NCBI RefSeq assembly: GCF_006345805.1
Contig: NC_043000.1
Location: 72,168,001 to 72,232,000 of the forward strand
Direction of reading: 5' to 3'
Source: Octopus sinensis
Taxonomy: Eukaryota
DNA length: 64,000 nt
Shown here: positions 14,542-28,386 of the stretch, one piece after another
How positions within the stretch are numbered: the stretch's first letter is position 1
Layout of the letters: each line of letters begins with the position of its first letter
The notes under the pieces: generated by a model
What the model was told of the DNA's origin: nothing
The model's input: the letters and a program-made list of their open reading frames with translations, nothing else
Database searches by the model: none
Translations under genes and position numbers: made by a program

Positions 14542-15064
14542 TGGGAACTTCATTCAAACTAACAGAAAGATAGATGCGAATAGGCCAGACATCATATTGA
14601 AAGACTTCAAACAAAAATCATGCCTCCTTATTGATATGAATGTCCCAATCGATATAAACGTATGTCAAAACCTACCAAAAACTGAGCAAATATAAAGATC
14701 TTGAAATAAAAATTAGCAAAATGTGGAACCTGAAGACTAAAACAATACCTGTTATCATAGGTGCCCTGGGAATGATAGCAAAAGGGGCTGATTGCTACCT
14801 AGCTCAGATACCAGGAAACCCCAAAATGGCAGAAATTCAAAAGATAGTACTCATGGGAACTGCCCATATCCTACGCAAAATACTTTCTATGTAATCTCAA
14901 GTTTTAAAACAAACATAATTTTCTTATGGTTTCTTAAACATTCTCTAGAACAACACTGTGTACAAAACCAAATATATGGCACCCTAGGTATACACCAACA
15001 TGAACTTCCAACTTGTTGTCTCTTGAGCCAACTTGTACAAATGTAAAACAAAAGTCAAACCTAA
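14542..15064 (+). mobile_element. R4/Dong-like REL LINE, 3' fragment of a second subfamily
   Basis: NRPDIILKD..CLLIDMNVP..KMWNLKTKTIPVIIGALG read across frameshifts; flanked by (AAT)n and (ATG/AAT)n. Confidence 0.8.
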
Positions 15065-15125
15065 AATGATGATGATGATAATAATAATAATAATAATAAT
15101 GATGATGATGATGATGATGATGATG

Positions 15126-15171
<46 letters not shown>

Positions 15172-15194
15172 TGATGATGATGATGATGATGATG

Positions 15195-15252
<58 letters not shown>

Positions 15253-16809
15253 CAACAACCACAATAATAATGATTAAATTGCACATGAATCATTTTTATG
15301 GAGAGGACAAGGTAATGCTATTCGACAGTCATTTGAAAAGTCTTTATATATGTATCGTAGAGTTGTAGCTTGCTCACTATGTTTATTAGTATCAAAATTT
15401 GAGTATCTTGAGAGCGTAGACTCTACTATTATTTACCGAATCTCTATAGAATTATTTCGTAAAATTTAAACTTCAGAATTCTATGTTTACAGCAGAAAAA
15501 AAAACATTCATTTTTTTAAGGTGAAATATCAGCGATTCAGTAGACCGTAGTTCATATTCTTTCCTACTAATACTGTAAGAAGGATCTGTTGCTATGATGT
15601 TCTAAAGTAGTTCATCCTTAGTATTCGAAGAGTTAAGCTTAAAAATGTAATTAGCAGGTCTAGTCGAATTACGTAAATTTTATTGCCAAAGCCATGTGTG
15701 TGTATGTTAAAGTGATGTTTAAAAGAACTCAATGTAGATCATATATAATAACAAGTATCTGTTGATGTAATGACACTACTTGTAGATCTTGAGTGACAAG
15801 CAACTACCTTAAAGGGGACAATTTTAAGTCATTAAGTCATTCTATAAATACAGTTTAAGAAATTATTTTGTGAAGTTGATTTCTACTTATATGAACATGA
15901 ATTGTCATCGTTACTATTTGTTTTTATGCTATTTAGATTATTAGTCATTATTTACTTTCTATTCTTGTTTGTATTTTATTTCACATTTTTCATTAGATTT
16001 TATAACGCTATATACAACAGAGGATTGAAATCAATTTGGATTCTGGTGTATTAGGTTACTTTTGCTATTAGTAGGATTAGAATTACCAGTGTTAATTTCA
16101 ATCCTTATTTTGTTCACTTGGTGTATGGAATTATTATGTTCATTTATTGTTACCTGTATTTTTATGTCAGGTGTGAGTACACAAGCGTCATGGAGGTTTG
16201 TTTTAGATTCAGAGTTCTTTTCATCTGGTTTTTGGAATCTCACCTGTTTAAGATGAGGAGAGTTTGTATTATTTTATGTGTTATACTTATTTATTTCACA
16301 GACATTATAATATTCAATAATATTAGCAAGATTAGGAGTGTAAAGTCAGAAAATCTAACAGTGTATTTATTAAAAATTGTGATATTTGTGACTTTTGGGC
16401 TACTTCCTTTTTATTTGAAAAAATGTTTTGCGTATTTGTTATGTCTATTATTTTCAAGTATGGTAATTATTTTTTGGTGGAGATTTATTATAATTATCCA
16501 TTGTGGGTTTATCAGAGGATGTGTTGCTAGAGTATTCAGGACTATATATGTCATGTGGATTATGTTATTTCTTATCCTACATTTTAAGCTGGTATTTGTA
16601 ACATTTGTATTATGTCGTGGCATTTGGATTCAACTTTTATTCAATTTTTGAATATCTTTTATGTTATTACTGTTTTAAACTCCGTGGTTATGTGCGTATT
16701 CATACAACAGAAATTTTATTTTGTTAAACTTGTAAGATTTATTATAGTTTTCTGCGATGACCTCTCATATAGACTCGTGGTGCATATTTCTTATGCTAAA
16801 CCTACTCGA

Positions 16810-18385
16810 GGAATGTTTCTTGTCTACAAGAAGATAAGCAATTGGAAAGCAGCTGAACCTGGAAATGTTCAAGAGTATTAGATACAGAAGCTGCCAAGCT
16901 GCCATAAAAGAATAGCAGAACAGCTTAATGCACTGATCAGCGGCAATGAAGAGATTCCTGTGACGGTAACTACCAGATGAACAATACTACGATTAAAGGA
17001 TGCTTAAAAATGGAATACTGTGGTTAATTAAAGATCTATATTATATCTCACACTGATGTGGAAGGTGTTCACAAGAATAATCAGTGATGAAATATATACA
17101 TTTCTTGATAACAAAATTATCCTTATTGAGGTGAAGGACTGTAAACGGAATTGCAAGGAACTAAATGCCACTTGCTAACAGATAAAGCTCAAGTCTTCTT
17201 TAGTTAACACAGATCGTTGCTTTAGCAAGGACATCAAAATGAAATTTGTTCTACAAGAAATGTGATATATTCCTGACGAGAGGGCAAGCCAACAGATATG
17301 AAGGTAAAGAACTATTATCAGGGGAAATCATGAAAATGATTGATGATGCTGAGTAAAAAAAAACTGAGCATATTGGAAGTGGATGAAGTGATGGAAGAAG
17401 AAATGAAGAAAAACTTTACGCAAGAGGATCACCGAAAAGTTAGACTGGTGCTGCACTTAAAAACAATTAATACACAGGCGATTGCATCATCGAAGTATAA
17501 TATAGGTATTCTCAACTGGAGAGAATAGGAGTTACAGAGGCTCGACCGGAAATCGAGAAAACTACTCACAATGCACCGAGTATTCCAACCAAGGATGCTG
17601 TTGACAGGCTATATCTAACCAAGCACAAAAGTGGGCGAGGGCTAATCCACTGTGAAAGTTGCATATGTACAGAAGAAAATAGCTTACATGTGGTATATTA
17701 AGAGTGCTATAGAGCCCCTGCTGGTTCAGGTGAGAATATTTGTTAGAGTCAGGACAACTGCTTGCGTGGAGACAGAAGAGTACAAAGAAACAAAGAGTCG
17801 AGAAGACAAAAGAAAATGGAATATGGAAACAGCAAATAAAATTGACTGATTGCCATAAAGGACATTTCGCCTCCGAGTAAGTTCAGAGTTACCTCACTTG
17901 GTATCTGGAGCTGAAAAGAACTGAAGAGCTCGAAATGCAGCCATTAGTCAAAGAGAGAATGCACTGAGCTGTCTATGTACTCTTATACATTTTTGGCTTA
18001 ATTGAAAATTGTTTCTCCACAACAAACTGCAATGAAAACCCGTTATAGATTTTAAAATCCTTCAAACATATTTGAACTGATCTTAAAATTGTTTACTTCG
18101 CACATCTACTCACTATCTTGTTCCGCGCTGGCAACAGGTCAGTCAATTTCTCATAAAGAATGCATTGCTTCCTAATCAGTTCAGCGTTATGATGCAATGG
18201 CCGCTTGGTGCCAGCATACAACGGAAAAGGTAATGGATGGAATCAGGAAGGCAAACATCCTACGAGACTTTGAATGCCAGACAGACAGGGTGTTGGACGC
18301 CGGAGGCCGGATAAAGTAGCCTTTAGGAGGAACAAACAGGAGTGCCTTATAATTGACGTGGCGGTGACAGGAGATCAATATATTA
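16810..18385 (+). mobile_element. Old degenerate R4/Dong-like LINE with internal deletions
   Basis: Remnants of NWKAxxP, CKRNCK, GILNWRE..LDRKSRKLLTMH..DRLYL..GRGL and REL RPD..LIIDVAV across stops and frameshifts. Confidence 0.7.
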
Positions 18386-18824
18386 CTTTTACACAGTGAC
18401 AGGAGATCAATATATTACTTTTACAGTTACAATTAGTAGATAAATACACTTCAAATCATGACCTGCCATCTGAAGAAATGAAGGATACATCAAAATATGT
18501 AGCCCTCAATCATTGGTTCCCAAACGGTGCACCTTGTACTTTTCAAAGTTTAAGTTTTTGAAAATTCATATTGAAACATGAGCGTACTACCCTTCCTCTA
18601 TGATTAAACTATGAAAAGATTCACAGCTTTGACCGTAATTTTCACCAATGAGAGCTTTTGTTCCGTTATGTTTTAGTTCACATACCTTGACAGTAACCTT
18701 TGGGATCAGGATCGAGAATGTTGTCTGAAGCCAATCTTGCTATAGTTATTTTCAGTAATACTGTCCTCTAAAAGGTCAATTCTAGATGTTCACTCAGTAT
18801 TTCCTCTGTAAATATTCTTGCTGG

Positions 18825-19033
18825 CAGTGAGCTAGCAGAATCGTTAGCGCGTGGAACAAAATTCTCGTTGTGTTTCTTCTGGTTCTTTAAGTTCTGAGTT
18901 TAAATTCCTCCAAGGTCGACTTTGCCTTCATTCTTTCGGAATCGATAAAATAAAGTACCAATCTCGTACGGCTGTCGTTGCATTCAACAAACCTACATCC
19001 TTTGAAATTGCCGAACTTGTACCAAAATTTGAA

Positions 19034-19099
<66 letters not shown>
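18825..19099 (+). mobile_element. SINE family B copy with (ACT)n tail
   Basis: GAGCTAGCAGAATCGTTAGC head and GTCGACTTTGCCTT central domain; (ACT)n at 19034-19099. Confidence 0.7.
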
Positions 19100-19244
19100 G
19101 TCTATTGCATCCAAATATTGAGAAGCTCATTATCACATATGAATCGCAAATATCAAAAATCTGTTGTTTTAAAATAGATCTCTGATATAGAAATGCTATA
19201 CACAGGATAAACAACACGCTCTTTATTCCCAGCGTTATTCACTA

Positions 19245-19563
19245 GTGTGAAGGCGCGTGGCTTAGTGGGTAGGGTATTTGGCTCAGGATCATAAGGCTGT
19301 GAGTTTGAAAACCGGCGTCGTGTTGTATCCTTGAGTAAGACACTTTATTTATATTGCTCCAGTCTACTCAGCTGGTAAAATGAGTAGTATCTGTAATTCA
19401 AAGGGCCAGCCTTGTCACATTCTGTGTAAAGTTGAATCTCCCGGAGAACTATGTTAACAGTATGTGTGTCTGTAGAGGGCTCAACCAATTGCACTTTAAT
19501 TTCATGAAAAGGCTGTTCCGTTGATCGGATCAACTGGGACCCTGGTCTTCGTAATCGACGGAG
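19245..19563 (+). mobile_element. tRNA-derived SINE (family C)
   Basis: TGGCTTAGTGG A-box, degenerate B-box, and a CCTTGAGTAAGACACTTTA..TGCTCCAGTC central domain resembling CORE/V-type SINE domains. Confidence 0.7.
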
Positions 19564-21279
19564 TAATTGCCGGTTACTCACTGGACCCGTCAGTTTTACA
19601 AACTTTACAAGTGGTCAAAATTCCTGTTGATCGATATGCGTAGATTAGGTAGAATGCAAAGTATGAACTATACCAGATATTTTCCAATGTCACTTAACTA
19701 ACCAGTTGTATTTACCATACCTCTATAAATCTATGAACATTTGAAAGATCCACAATTTCAGTGCATATCAGCATGATATCCTGATACATACCATGTTTAA
19801 TAAAATTCAGAAAAAATCCTCATAAAAACTATTGCTATTTAGGCGATCGACTTTATGAAAAGCCTAAAGAAATCAGTTCTTTATAAAAACTAGAATTAAC
19901 CGCCATCTCGTTATTGTAGCTTACAAGTTGAAGATTGTTTCGTATAGCTCTCTTTGAAACAATGTATGCTGACGTATGTACCACAACAACACCCGTGACA
20001 AGTATCTTGTTTATGTTTTAGCAGCAGAATTAAGGATGAAAAATTATCTTCAAATATTTTACTCATGCAACTGTTTTCTTGAAAATATACATTATGCTGT
20101 ATATTGTATTACTATTTCTGTATTCTAATGCTCTATTTTCACCCTTTTTAACTGGAATTCTTCTGCTTAATTACGTTCCAGAGCTGGACATATGTTTTGG
20201 GAAATAAGATATACTAACGCATCACTTTTTGAAGTAAAATTGCAATGACCTACTTTATAGTAAGCCTACATTTTATGCAGTACGTTATTGACTTGAACAG
20301 CTTATAAATGATGTTAGACTTTTAAATTCTTGTGAAATCAAAATAGATATAGTATATTTAAATAATTATTAAGTGTTAGTGGCTTACATTTTACTTTTTG
20401 TGTTCATTTACACATCTTTTTCGTTTTGCATAATCTTTTTCGCAGCTAGTTCTAAACGATTATTTTGAACAGAATGTATTGCTCGTAACAAACATGATAT
20501 CTTAAAATCAAGAAATATGCATTGAAATGAGAAATAAAGTTTTCGAAGTTTTAATTGAAATGTTTCGCCTTATATTTTTTTATAAATATGCAAACTAAAA
20601 AAAGGTTATATACATGTAGTAGATATGGTCAGCGTGTATTGACAGTTGTTCCTTTCGTGCATTCCAGTGCTTATTTTTTTAAACAAATGAATTAAAATTT
20701 GATTTCATGCCTACTCTGATGTCTTTGATATTTGTACAATACATCAACTTGTAAATGTGCAGAAAATGTAAGGGTCTTCGATTCATTTCATTCCCATCAA
20801 ATATTTAATTCATATTTTTGCATATTACATTCCATCAGAAACACATTTAAATATTTACTTATAAATTACATTATAAGAGATGCATTTGTATTACGTTTTA
20901 TCATTATAGTCATAAAATTATTAAGAAATAATCTTAATAAGTTCTTTTAGCAAGTGAAGGTCAGAAAGCACGATAAAAGACTTTGCATCTTAACTTCCTG
21001 ATGCTGAGAACTCAGCAGCCAATTAAATCTATATCTAAGTGTCTTAGCAGAGTACACCTCTGTAAAAAACACAAGCAAACAAACAAAACAAAGAAAGCTA
21101 ACAAAAGCGAGTGTTTCATTAATCTATTTTGATAAACTCAAGACTTCGAATGAGTATGATAATGATAATGAGAAACTACTTTCAGTAACTTCTTGAACCA
21201 TTGCATGTTGCATAACCCTACTGGTGACCAGTTGAAATTATAACTAGTGTTGTAAGCGTCAGCTCAGCAATACAGTTTA

Positions 21280-22675
21280 TCTGGTCATTCATTCCTTTCC
21301 GCCGCCCGTATGTGTCGTGTGGAAGGAGTCTGCAGGCATCTCCTCTATAGATTCGTATCAGAAAAAAATAAAAGCATCATTAAACTTTCTTGCTGGATGC
21401 TCAAGCGCAGCCAACTGAGACTATGATTATTATGTATACATCTCTCTCGTAGTCTACTCTAGGTCTAATGCTAGTTGGCTCGGCTTGAAAAATCCGTTTT
21501 GCGATATTTTTCTGTTGTATTCTAACCATATGTTTATAGTACCGGAGCCGCAACCTCTCCATGCGGAAAAGTAGCAGCTCAACCTGATTTCAGAGTTACA
21601 CACCCTGACGAGTAACGTTATTCAAAAGACTCTTCAGAGGAACCCCATTCCGATTGCTTGTATTCGTGGTGCTACTCTTTCAGTGATTACCCAATATTAA
21701 TTACCATAGATGAGGATATGCATAACACCGAATTCAAGGTAGCGCATTACTGTACCGCTAACAGCAATTCTAGCATTCAATTTAGCTGTCTACTTTCCAT
21801 CACTCGTGAAAACGGCTTCGAGATATTTAAACTTCTCAGTGATGTTCTAAACATGCAGAGTCATTGGGAAAACGTTTTTAGAGAACCAATGTTTCAATCT
21901 TCGCAACGCTTATTCTTATAAGCGAACTCATTTCGTACATACCAAGTATCACCAATTCGTCTGCAAATATCAGCCGACCAATTATATACACATCGATTGT
22001 GATGCCACTGCCATTGCGTATGTGCTTCTCAATCCAGTTCATATTGTCACATTTCCTTTGAGAAGTGACACTATGCATCTCTCTGACGAAGACCAACACC
22101 TATGTTGAAAATCTTTGACTTTTCCGAAGCTTTGACGTTTTACCCAAACTCAAATATTTGGTCACTTGTATAGGAACTTCACGGCAACTAGAAATTACCC
22201 ACTGATTTCATACTCCCGCAAAAAACCTTCCCCATTTTATATCCTGCAGCACGCGTCCATATGCCTTTCCGCGGTCTACTAAGCAAGCATATACCAGTTG
22301 ACAATATTCACCCGATTTCTCGATGATTTGCCATAGATTGAATATTTGCTGCCTCCAGTACAAAATCCACACTTTTCTTCAGTTAGCTTGGTTCAACAAT
22401 GTCCCTACATTCCATTTCCAGACATCTGGCGTAGTCTTTCCTGGGGAGGTTCAACGGTGTTTCAGCTATAATTAGAGCTCTTGCTTTCTCTTGAACTTTA
22501 AAAAATTGGGATTACTATTCCCGAATTGTCGTTGCTTTTTGCTTTTCCAGAGGTCCATGCTACCTGGAATACACGAGTAAACCTGATTAATAACTCCCCT
22601 ATTTAAGGCTTCTAACGTCTCAGACCGAATCAAAGCCTCCTCAGCGTCCTTGTCACATTTGAGCTTAGTCTTAGT
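21280..22675 (-). mobile_element. Degenerate RTE-clade LINE (RT and 3' part), split by the hAT insertion
   Basis: Minus-strand remnants EALIRSETLEALNR, LPRKDYARCLE..IVEP, GITID..RLIFADELV and EKFKYL..FTSDG. Confidence 0.7.
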
Positions 22676-22683
22676 CTCTAGAT

Positions 22684-25680
22684 CAGTGCTTTTCAACCTT
22701 TTTGCTGGAGCGGAACCCCAAGGAAATATTCCACTGGCTCGAGGAACCCCTGTGCAATAATTTAATTGTCTTATGCAAAAAAACAGCATTTAATTAATGA
22801 AATGAAAATACTCATGTTCAGATTTATTTACAATAAAATCACAAGCTGTAAAAAAATTGTCACGTACATATGCAATTTTATTCTTGCATCTACAGTTATT
22901 ATTAAAACATGTATTAAAAAAAACTTTAGTTTGAATAGATTACATTTATTCTCATCAAAAAGTCAATGAGAAACTTGAGCCTGGTTTTTCTAGCACAACT
23001 CTTTAAGATTGGGTCGTGTTTTTGATAGAAACACATGAAGTTCATCTTCCACAGACAGCAATTGTGCTCGCTTCTTGTGCTTGATAGTTGTTAGGGCTGA
23101 AAATCCAAATTCACAGAAGTAGGAGGTTGAAAACTGTACAAGAAGTCGCAGCGCTTTCTGGGCGATTGCAGGATATGCCTTTTCAACCAGCAACCAAAAT
23201 GCATTCAGGTGAAGCTCAGAATGCTTCAACTTTAATGTTCTGTCATTTAAAACACTGGCAAGTTCTTCTTCTTCTGTTAATGTGAACTGTTCTTCAAATG
23301 GCTCAAATTCCACAAACGGGTTTCTAATCCAGTCATACTGGTCAACAGATATCGATAGAAAATATTTGTCAAGATTTGTTAACAAAGTGTGCAAATGGTT
23401 CAAAATCAGTAGCGCAGTTTCTTGACAATTCCTTATAAAAACACTTGGAAACATTTCCAAATTTCCTGCAGCTATGCGTTTCTTCCGTATTGTCAATTTC
23501 TTCTGAAAAGCATTTATTTTGTCAGTATAAGACAAGATATTTTCGTTCCTGTCCTGCATGCCATTGTTCAAGAGGCCTAGCTCATGAAATATATCGGCAA
23601 GATATGCTAACTTGGAACACCAATGGTCATCACTCAAACATTCTACAAAGTCTTTCAGGTTTTCCTGCTAACAAAAGGTCAATAACTCTTCTCTTAATTC
23701 GTAAAAACGAGACAATACTTTTCCCCTTGACAACCATTGTATTTCTGTGTGCTAGATTAAGGTGGAATGGTCTGCTTCCATACCCACACAAATTTTTGCA
23801 AACTGTCGACATTTAAGTGGCCTCATTTTGAAGTAATTATTTATTTTCACTACCATATCCAATGCAGATTTTAGTTCAGGTCCAAGATGTTTAGCAACTA
23901 GTGCTTCACTATGAATGAAACAATGAGTATGAATAATATTTGGATATTGTTTTTGTGCGATTGGGACAAAGCCTTTAAGACATCCTGTCATTGCAGGGGC
24001 ACCATCTGTACAAATACCAACACATTTTTTCCAGTTCAATCCACAATACTCTAAGTATAAATTTAAAACATCAAATACATCTTGTCCTTTTCTTGTTTCT
24101 GGCAACTCTTTGCAACACAGGACGTCTTCTACAATAGCTTCATCATTAATAAAACGAACAGATACAAAGAGCTGTGATTTACTAGTGATGCCTGTACTCT
24201 CATCAACTTGAAGTGCAAACAACTTATGTTTCAGTATTTTTTACTTAATATTGCACTCAATGTCTCCCGACATGTTTTGAATGCGCCTACTTATTATGTT
24301 GTCAGAAAGTGGAATTTTATTTAGCTCTGATACAGCATCCTCTCCAAACATTATCCTCACTATTTCCTGGCATGCAGTTAAAATTACAGTTTCAGCGATG
24401 GTATGAGATTTCATTTTTCTTGCAACTATCTCTGCCACAGCATAACTTGCTTCTTGTCCTTTGTCACTCAACTTGAACTTTTTGGCAAACATAGAAACTT
24501 GCCTTTTATTAAATGCCAATTCTCTTTTAAAATATTGTTCATTTTTGCCTGACGACTCTGGATGTTTAGTCGTTAAGTGTCGTTTCAGTTTGGCTGGTGC
24601 CATAGCACTATTAGCCAGCTTCTCCCCAGAAACAGTACACAAAGGTGAAGGGCAGTCTGGCTTTTCAGTCCAAGTAAATCCCAGAGCTATGTAGTTTTCA
24701 CAATATTGACGAACTTTTAGTTGCAGGTTAATTCCATCATTTCTTGGTAATTTCGACGATGCAGCATCACTGGCAGTAGCTGCAGCTTCAACAGACTGCC
24801 TCAGACCCTGCGTCTCTCCATCTGTATCTAACTTACGTTTTTTTCAGAAATCTATCCATACTTGTAAGGCTGTAAGCAGAATTGTATATATATATATAAA
24901 AGCAAACCTAATAGTGGCAGGACAAAATGATCTTTAAAGTGTAGCGAGTTTAATGATGTAAAATTTAGCTTTTTTTATTAATGTTTTTTAGTAATAGGTA
25001 TTTGATTATATTTAAACAATATGCATATAATAATAAAATAGATTTTCGGATTTGAATTTAAAATTTTATTTATTTGTTCATTGTTCTAATTCATAAATTT
25101 GTAAGGAATTAATATTTATGCATATTTACATATCTTATAATTTAGTGTCAGTTTCCCTATTTCTTATTTTGTTCTACATAAGTAATTCAACTCTCTTTCG
25201 AATTTTTTAATCTTAACATTTGACCAAATATTAATAGACGTCATACAAGAAAAAGAGTTTACAAAAACGCCTTTTAAAAAGCTAAAGATCTTTTAAAAAG
25301 CATATTAACAACAACACCTAAATGGCTTATGCAGTTAAAAAGTTTCTTTCAAATATAGTCACTCGTATTTTACAAAAGAAACTAAACCATCATCTAAGCT
25401 GGCATGCAACTCGTAGATGTGCACGTACATGTACACACCAAGGATCAGGGTCATCTACGCTGGCGAGTAACTCGTAGTTGTACACGTCGTAGGCCTACAT
25501 ATACACACCAAGGATCAGGGTCATCTACGCTGGCGTGCAAATCGTAGATGTACACATAGGCCTAACATGTACACACATATCTGCACAGGAGAATTAAAAA
25601 TTACTGTCGAGTTTAGCATTTATGTAGCTTCTTGCGGAACCCCTGGACTGTACTGGCGGAACCCTGGCTGAAAACCACTG
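22684..25680 (-). mobile_element. hAT DNA transposon (Buster/Charlie type), full length
   Basis: 15-bp imperfect TIRs CAGTGCTTTTCAACC / GGCTGAAAACCACTG; exact 8-bp TSD CTCTAGAT at 22676-83 and 25681-88 with the central TA typical of Buster elements. Confidence 0.95.
22963..24859 (-). pseudogene. hAT transposase (BED-type zinc finger, DDE, C-terminal dimerisation domain), disrupted
   Basis: ATG at 24859; C..KLANSAMAPAKLKRHLTTKH; FALQVDEST; CTDGAPAM; HCFIHSEAL; LAYLADIF; FSTSYFCEFGFS. Broken by stops and frameshifts into the four track ORFs. Confidence 0.9.
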
Positions 25681-25688
25681 CTCTAGAT

Positions 25689-26140
25689 GCATCGAATGTG
25701 TCTACGAGATTTTATTGTAGCCGGATTTAGATGAACAAAGTAGTCTCTCTGTCTTAAGTGTGTTCTTTTCTGTGAAGAGATGAACCCCAATCGAATTCGT
25801 AATGGCAGGGAGGGTATCTCGTTACGAGGTCGACGGTAGTAAAATTGATGTAATTTCTATTCGCTAACTCCACTTTCCTATTTCCGAAAAACGATACGGT
25901 CTTTTGAAAAATCGACATTTGTGCCCTGTACAGCAAGATATAGAAAGATTATTCTCGTCTTTATTTTTCTTACATCTGGGCAAGTTCAAACGCAAATTAA
26001 GGTGGTTAAAGTAGTGTACGTCATGGGAGAACAGCTTCTCTCTTCTACCACGATAGTGTCCAACACACTCGGCTGACAGTCGCATGAGATTTTGTCAAAA
26101 TACCGATGTCTCAGAATCCCGTATGCTATTGAGCCGAGAG
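25689..26140 (-). mobile_element. Probable 5' continuation of the RTE LINE beyond the hAT
   Basis: Lies directly across the TSD from the RT remnant; weak endonuclease-end-like remnants only. Confidence 0.45.
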
Positions 26141-26288
26141 TGTTCTATATACTGACGTTATTCTCCCCATGGCTTACACAACAGCAATCAGCATACTTTG
26201 GACTGAAGCTACTGAGATGTACTAAGAATATATACGCGAATAATCGTTTAATACAGTATTTTGTATAAAATAAAAAGAAAACTCTCGC

Positions 26289-26339
<51 letters not shown>

Positions 26340-26489
26340 TGTGTGTGTGCGTGCGTGCGTGCGAGTGTATATGTGTGTGCGCGCCAGCGTGTGTGAGCGA
26401 GAGAGAGCAATATTACTGCTTGAATGCCTTGAATTTACCAATTAAACCAGAAGATCACTTTTTGATGGCATGTGGAAAGCAAAAGATAT

Positions 26490-27880
26490 ATTCGTAGGAG
26501 TTTGATTCTCAACCGCATGTGAGCAAGTGTCTCCTACTGTAGACTCGGGTCGACCAAAGCATTGTGAGTGGATTTGGTAGACGGAAAGGGAAAGACGACC
26601 GTTGTATGTACGAGGAACGGCCGAAAAGTTGACCGAGATACTTTCATGGAATGTGAACAAATGAGGTTTATTTTTCAACGTAGTTCCCCTTGCGGTTCAC
26701 ACACGTCTTCCATCAGTATGCAATGCTTGGATCCTATTGGTGAAAAAGCTTTAAACCTGTTGATCAAAAAACTCATCAACAGCAGATATGACGTCATCAA
26801 CACTGTAATGTTGGTTCATAGCAAAGTGTCTTTTTTCCTGTTGGAGAAAAGATGTTAGTCAAATGGGGCCAAATCTTGAGAATAGGGACAGTTATCAACC
26901 AGTTGAATTCCAAGATCACGCACAGCAGCCGTTGAAACCAAGGACTTGTGTGCTGGAGCATTGTCCTAATGAAATAAGAGCCATTTCGTCATTTTTTCTG
27001 AGCGTTTGGTCTTGATAGCCTTTCATAACTCAAGGAAAGCAGCTGGATCTGCCCCAGACAATGTTAGATTTTCCCGTGGTGCGCTTTTACTTAGGTGTCA
27101 AAAGACGTGGCACCCATCGAGCAGAGACCTTCGTCATGCCAACTTCATTGAGCAAAATATTCTCAACTCTCTCACGGAATATGCTAATAGCATTCGATAT
27201 TTGATTTATAGTCCATCATCTATCATATATAATAATGTGGTGAACACGATCACTGTTTTTCTCGGGTGTAGTTGTAGGACGTCCCGATCTTGGGTCATCT
27301 TCAAGACTCTCCCTTCTCTTCCTAAATTTAACTACCCGCATATGCACTGTTGGTAAAGCTAAAGCATCATGCCTTAATGTAGCAACCATGACAGTATAAA
27401 TGTCTTTGGGAGCTAAACTCTTTTTTTTACTGCTGGCAATTCATAATCCGACAATTCCAAATTTTGTCGATTTTCAAAAGAAATCGTTAACAGTTACATT
27501 TGAAGCCTTTACTGAACAGTCAAATATCAGTTTACCTGGAGAGAAACAATGCAGTTGTTAATAGCAGGGGTTGAAATTGATGTATGCACGATTTCATATC
27601 TCTAGCATCACTCCTTCATAGTTAGCCTATGAACTTTTCAGCCCAATCTCGTATGTATATGCGCGCGTGTATTTTTCCCCACCTCATTGCTTGATAACCG
27701 ATGTTGGTGTGTTTGCAACACCGTAGCAGTTCAGCAACGATGGCAGATTCAATAAGTACCAGGATTTAAAAAGTACGTAGTGGGGTCGATTCGTTCAACG
27801 GAAATTCTTTATGGCAGTGTCCCAGCATGGCCGCAGTCTAATGATTGAAAGAAGTAAAAAAGTAAAAAGAATAAAAGAAT
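26490..27880 (+). mobile_element. SINE family A copy split by a mariner insertion
   Basis: 5' half at 26490-26608 and 3' half with the CCAGCATGGCCGCAG tail at 27660-27880; the mariner sits in the internal TA-containing microsatellite. Confidence 0.7.
26611..27651 (-). mobile_element. Degenerate mariner element
   Basis: TA-flanked imperfect TIRs CGAGGAACGGCCGAAAAGTT / AACTTTTCAGCCCAATCTCG; minus-strand DNAPAH..PYSQDLAPFD remnant. Confidence 0.85.
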
Positions 27881-28328
27881 ATGCACACACACAGACACAC
27901 AAACACACATGCACACAAAAACATAAATACAGGCACGCACACACACGCGCGCAATATTACAGTATTTTGTTATTTCTGCATATCCTTTAATTTTCATATA
28001 ATCATTAAAAATATGTACAATACTACGTACACATAAGCTTGGACACCATAACGTATTAAAAAAATCAATCGCTTAATGTAAATTCCTCGAAATCGTCTTG
28101 TATTCAGATATTTAATTTAATGAGTTTAAAAAGTCTAATTGGAAACACTTATGAGGAAGCTAAACTGATGAAGAAAAACTAACATTAGCTTCGATAAGTA
28201 TTGTTCTAATAATTGCATCAAATACAAATTTCAATCTTAGCGGCACAAAAATTGCATTTAGCAAAGTAGGGATAAGAAAATCGCGAAATAGACGAAATTG
28301 CGCACAAAATGTGTGAAACTCACATAAC

Positions 28329-28385
<57 letters not shown>

Positions 28386-28386
<1 letters not shown>

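Noticed and set aside
16030-16760. Strand-skewed stretch with several 60-177 aa ORFs, possibly a Penelope N-terminal remnant on minus
   Set aside because: Only a vague LKCRIRNNII resemblance; too weak to call without a search.
17921-17935. CTGAAGA-GCTC-GAAA
   Set aside because: Stem II would be one pair with a 2-nt loop, and no stem I, stem III or cleavage triplet fits.
18364-18427. 32-nt tandem duplication at the end of the old Dong copy
   Set aside because: An ordinary local slippage or repair duplication with no further structure.
20940-21100. Strong minus-strand acceptor near 21060
   Set aside because: No good donor, and the only open frame ends after 36 codons with no recognisable protein.
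25388-25570. Repeat-spacer-repeat pattern superficially like a CRISPR array
   Set aside because: Only two full repeats, the spacers are related to each other, it lies inside a hAT subterminal region, the context is eukaryotic and there are no cas genes.
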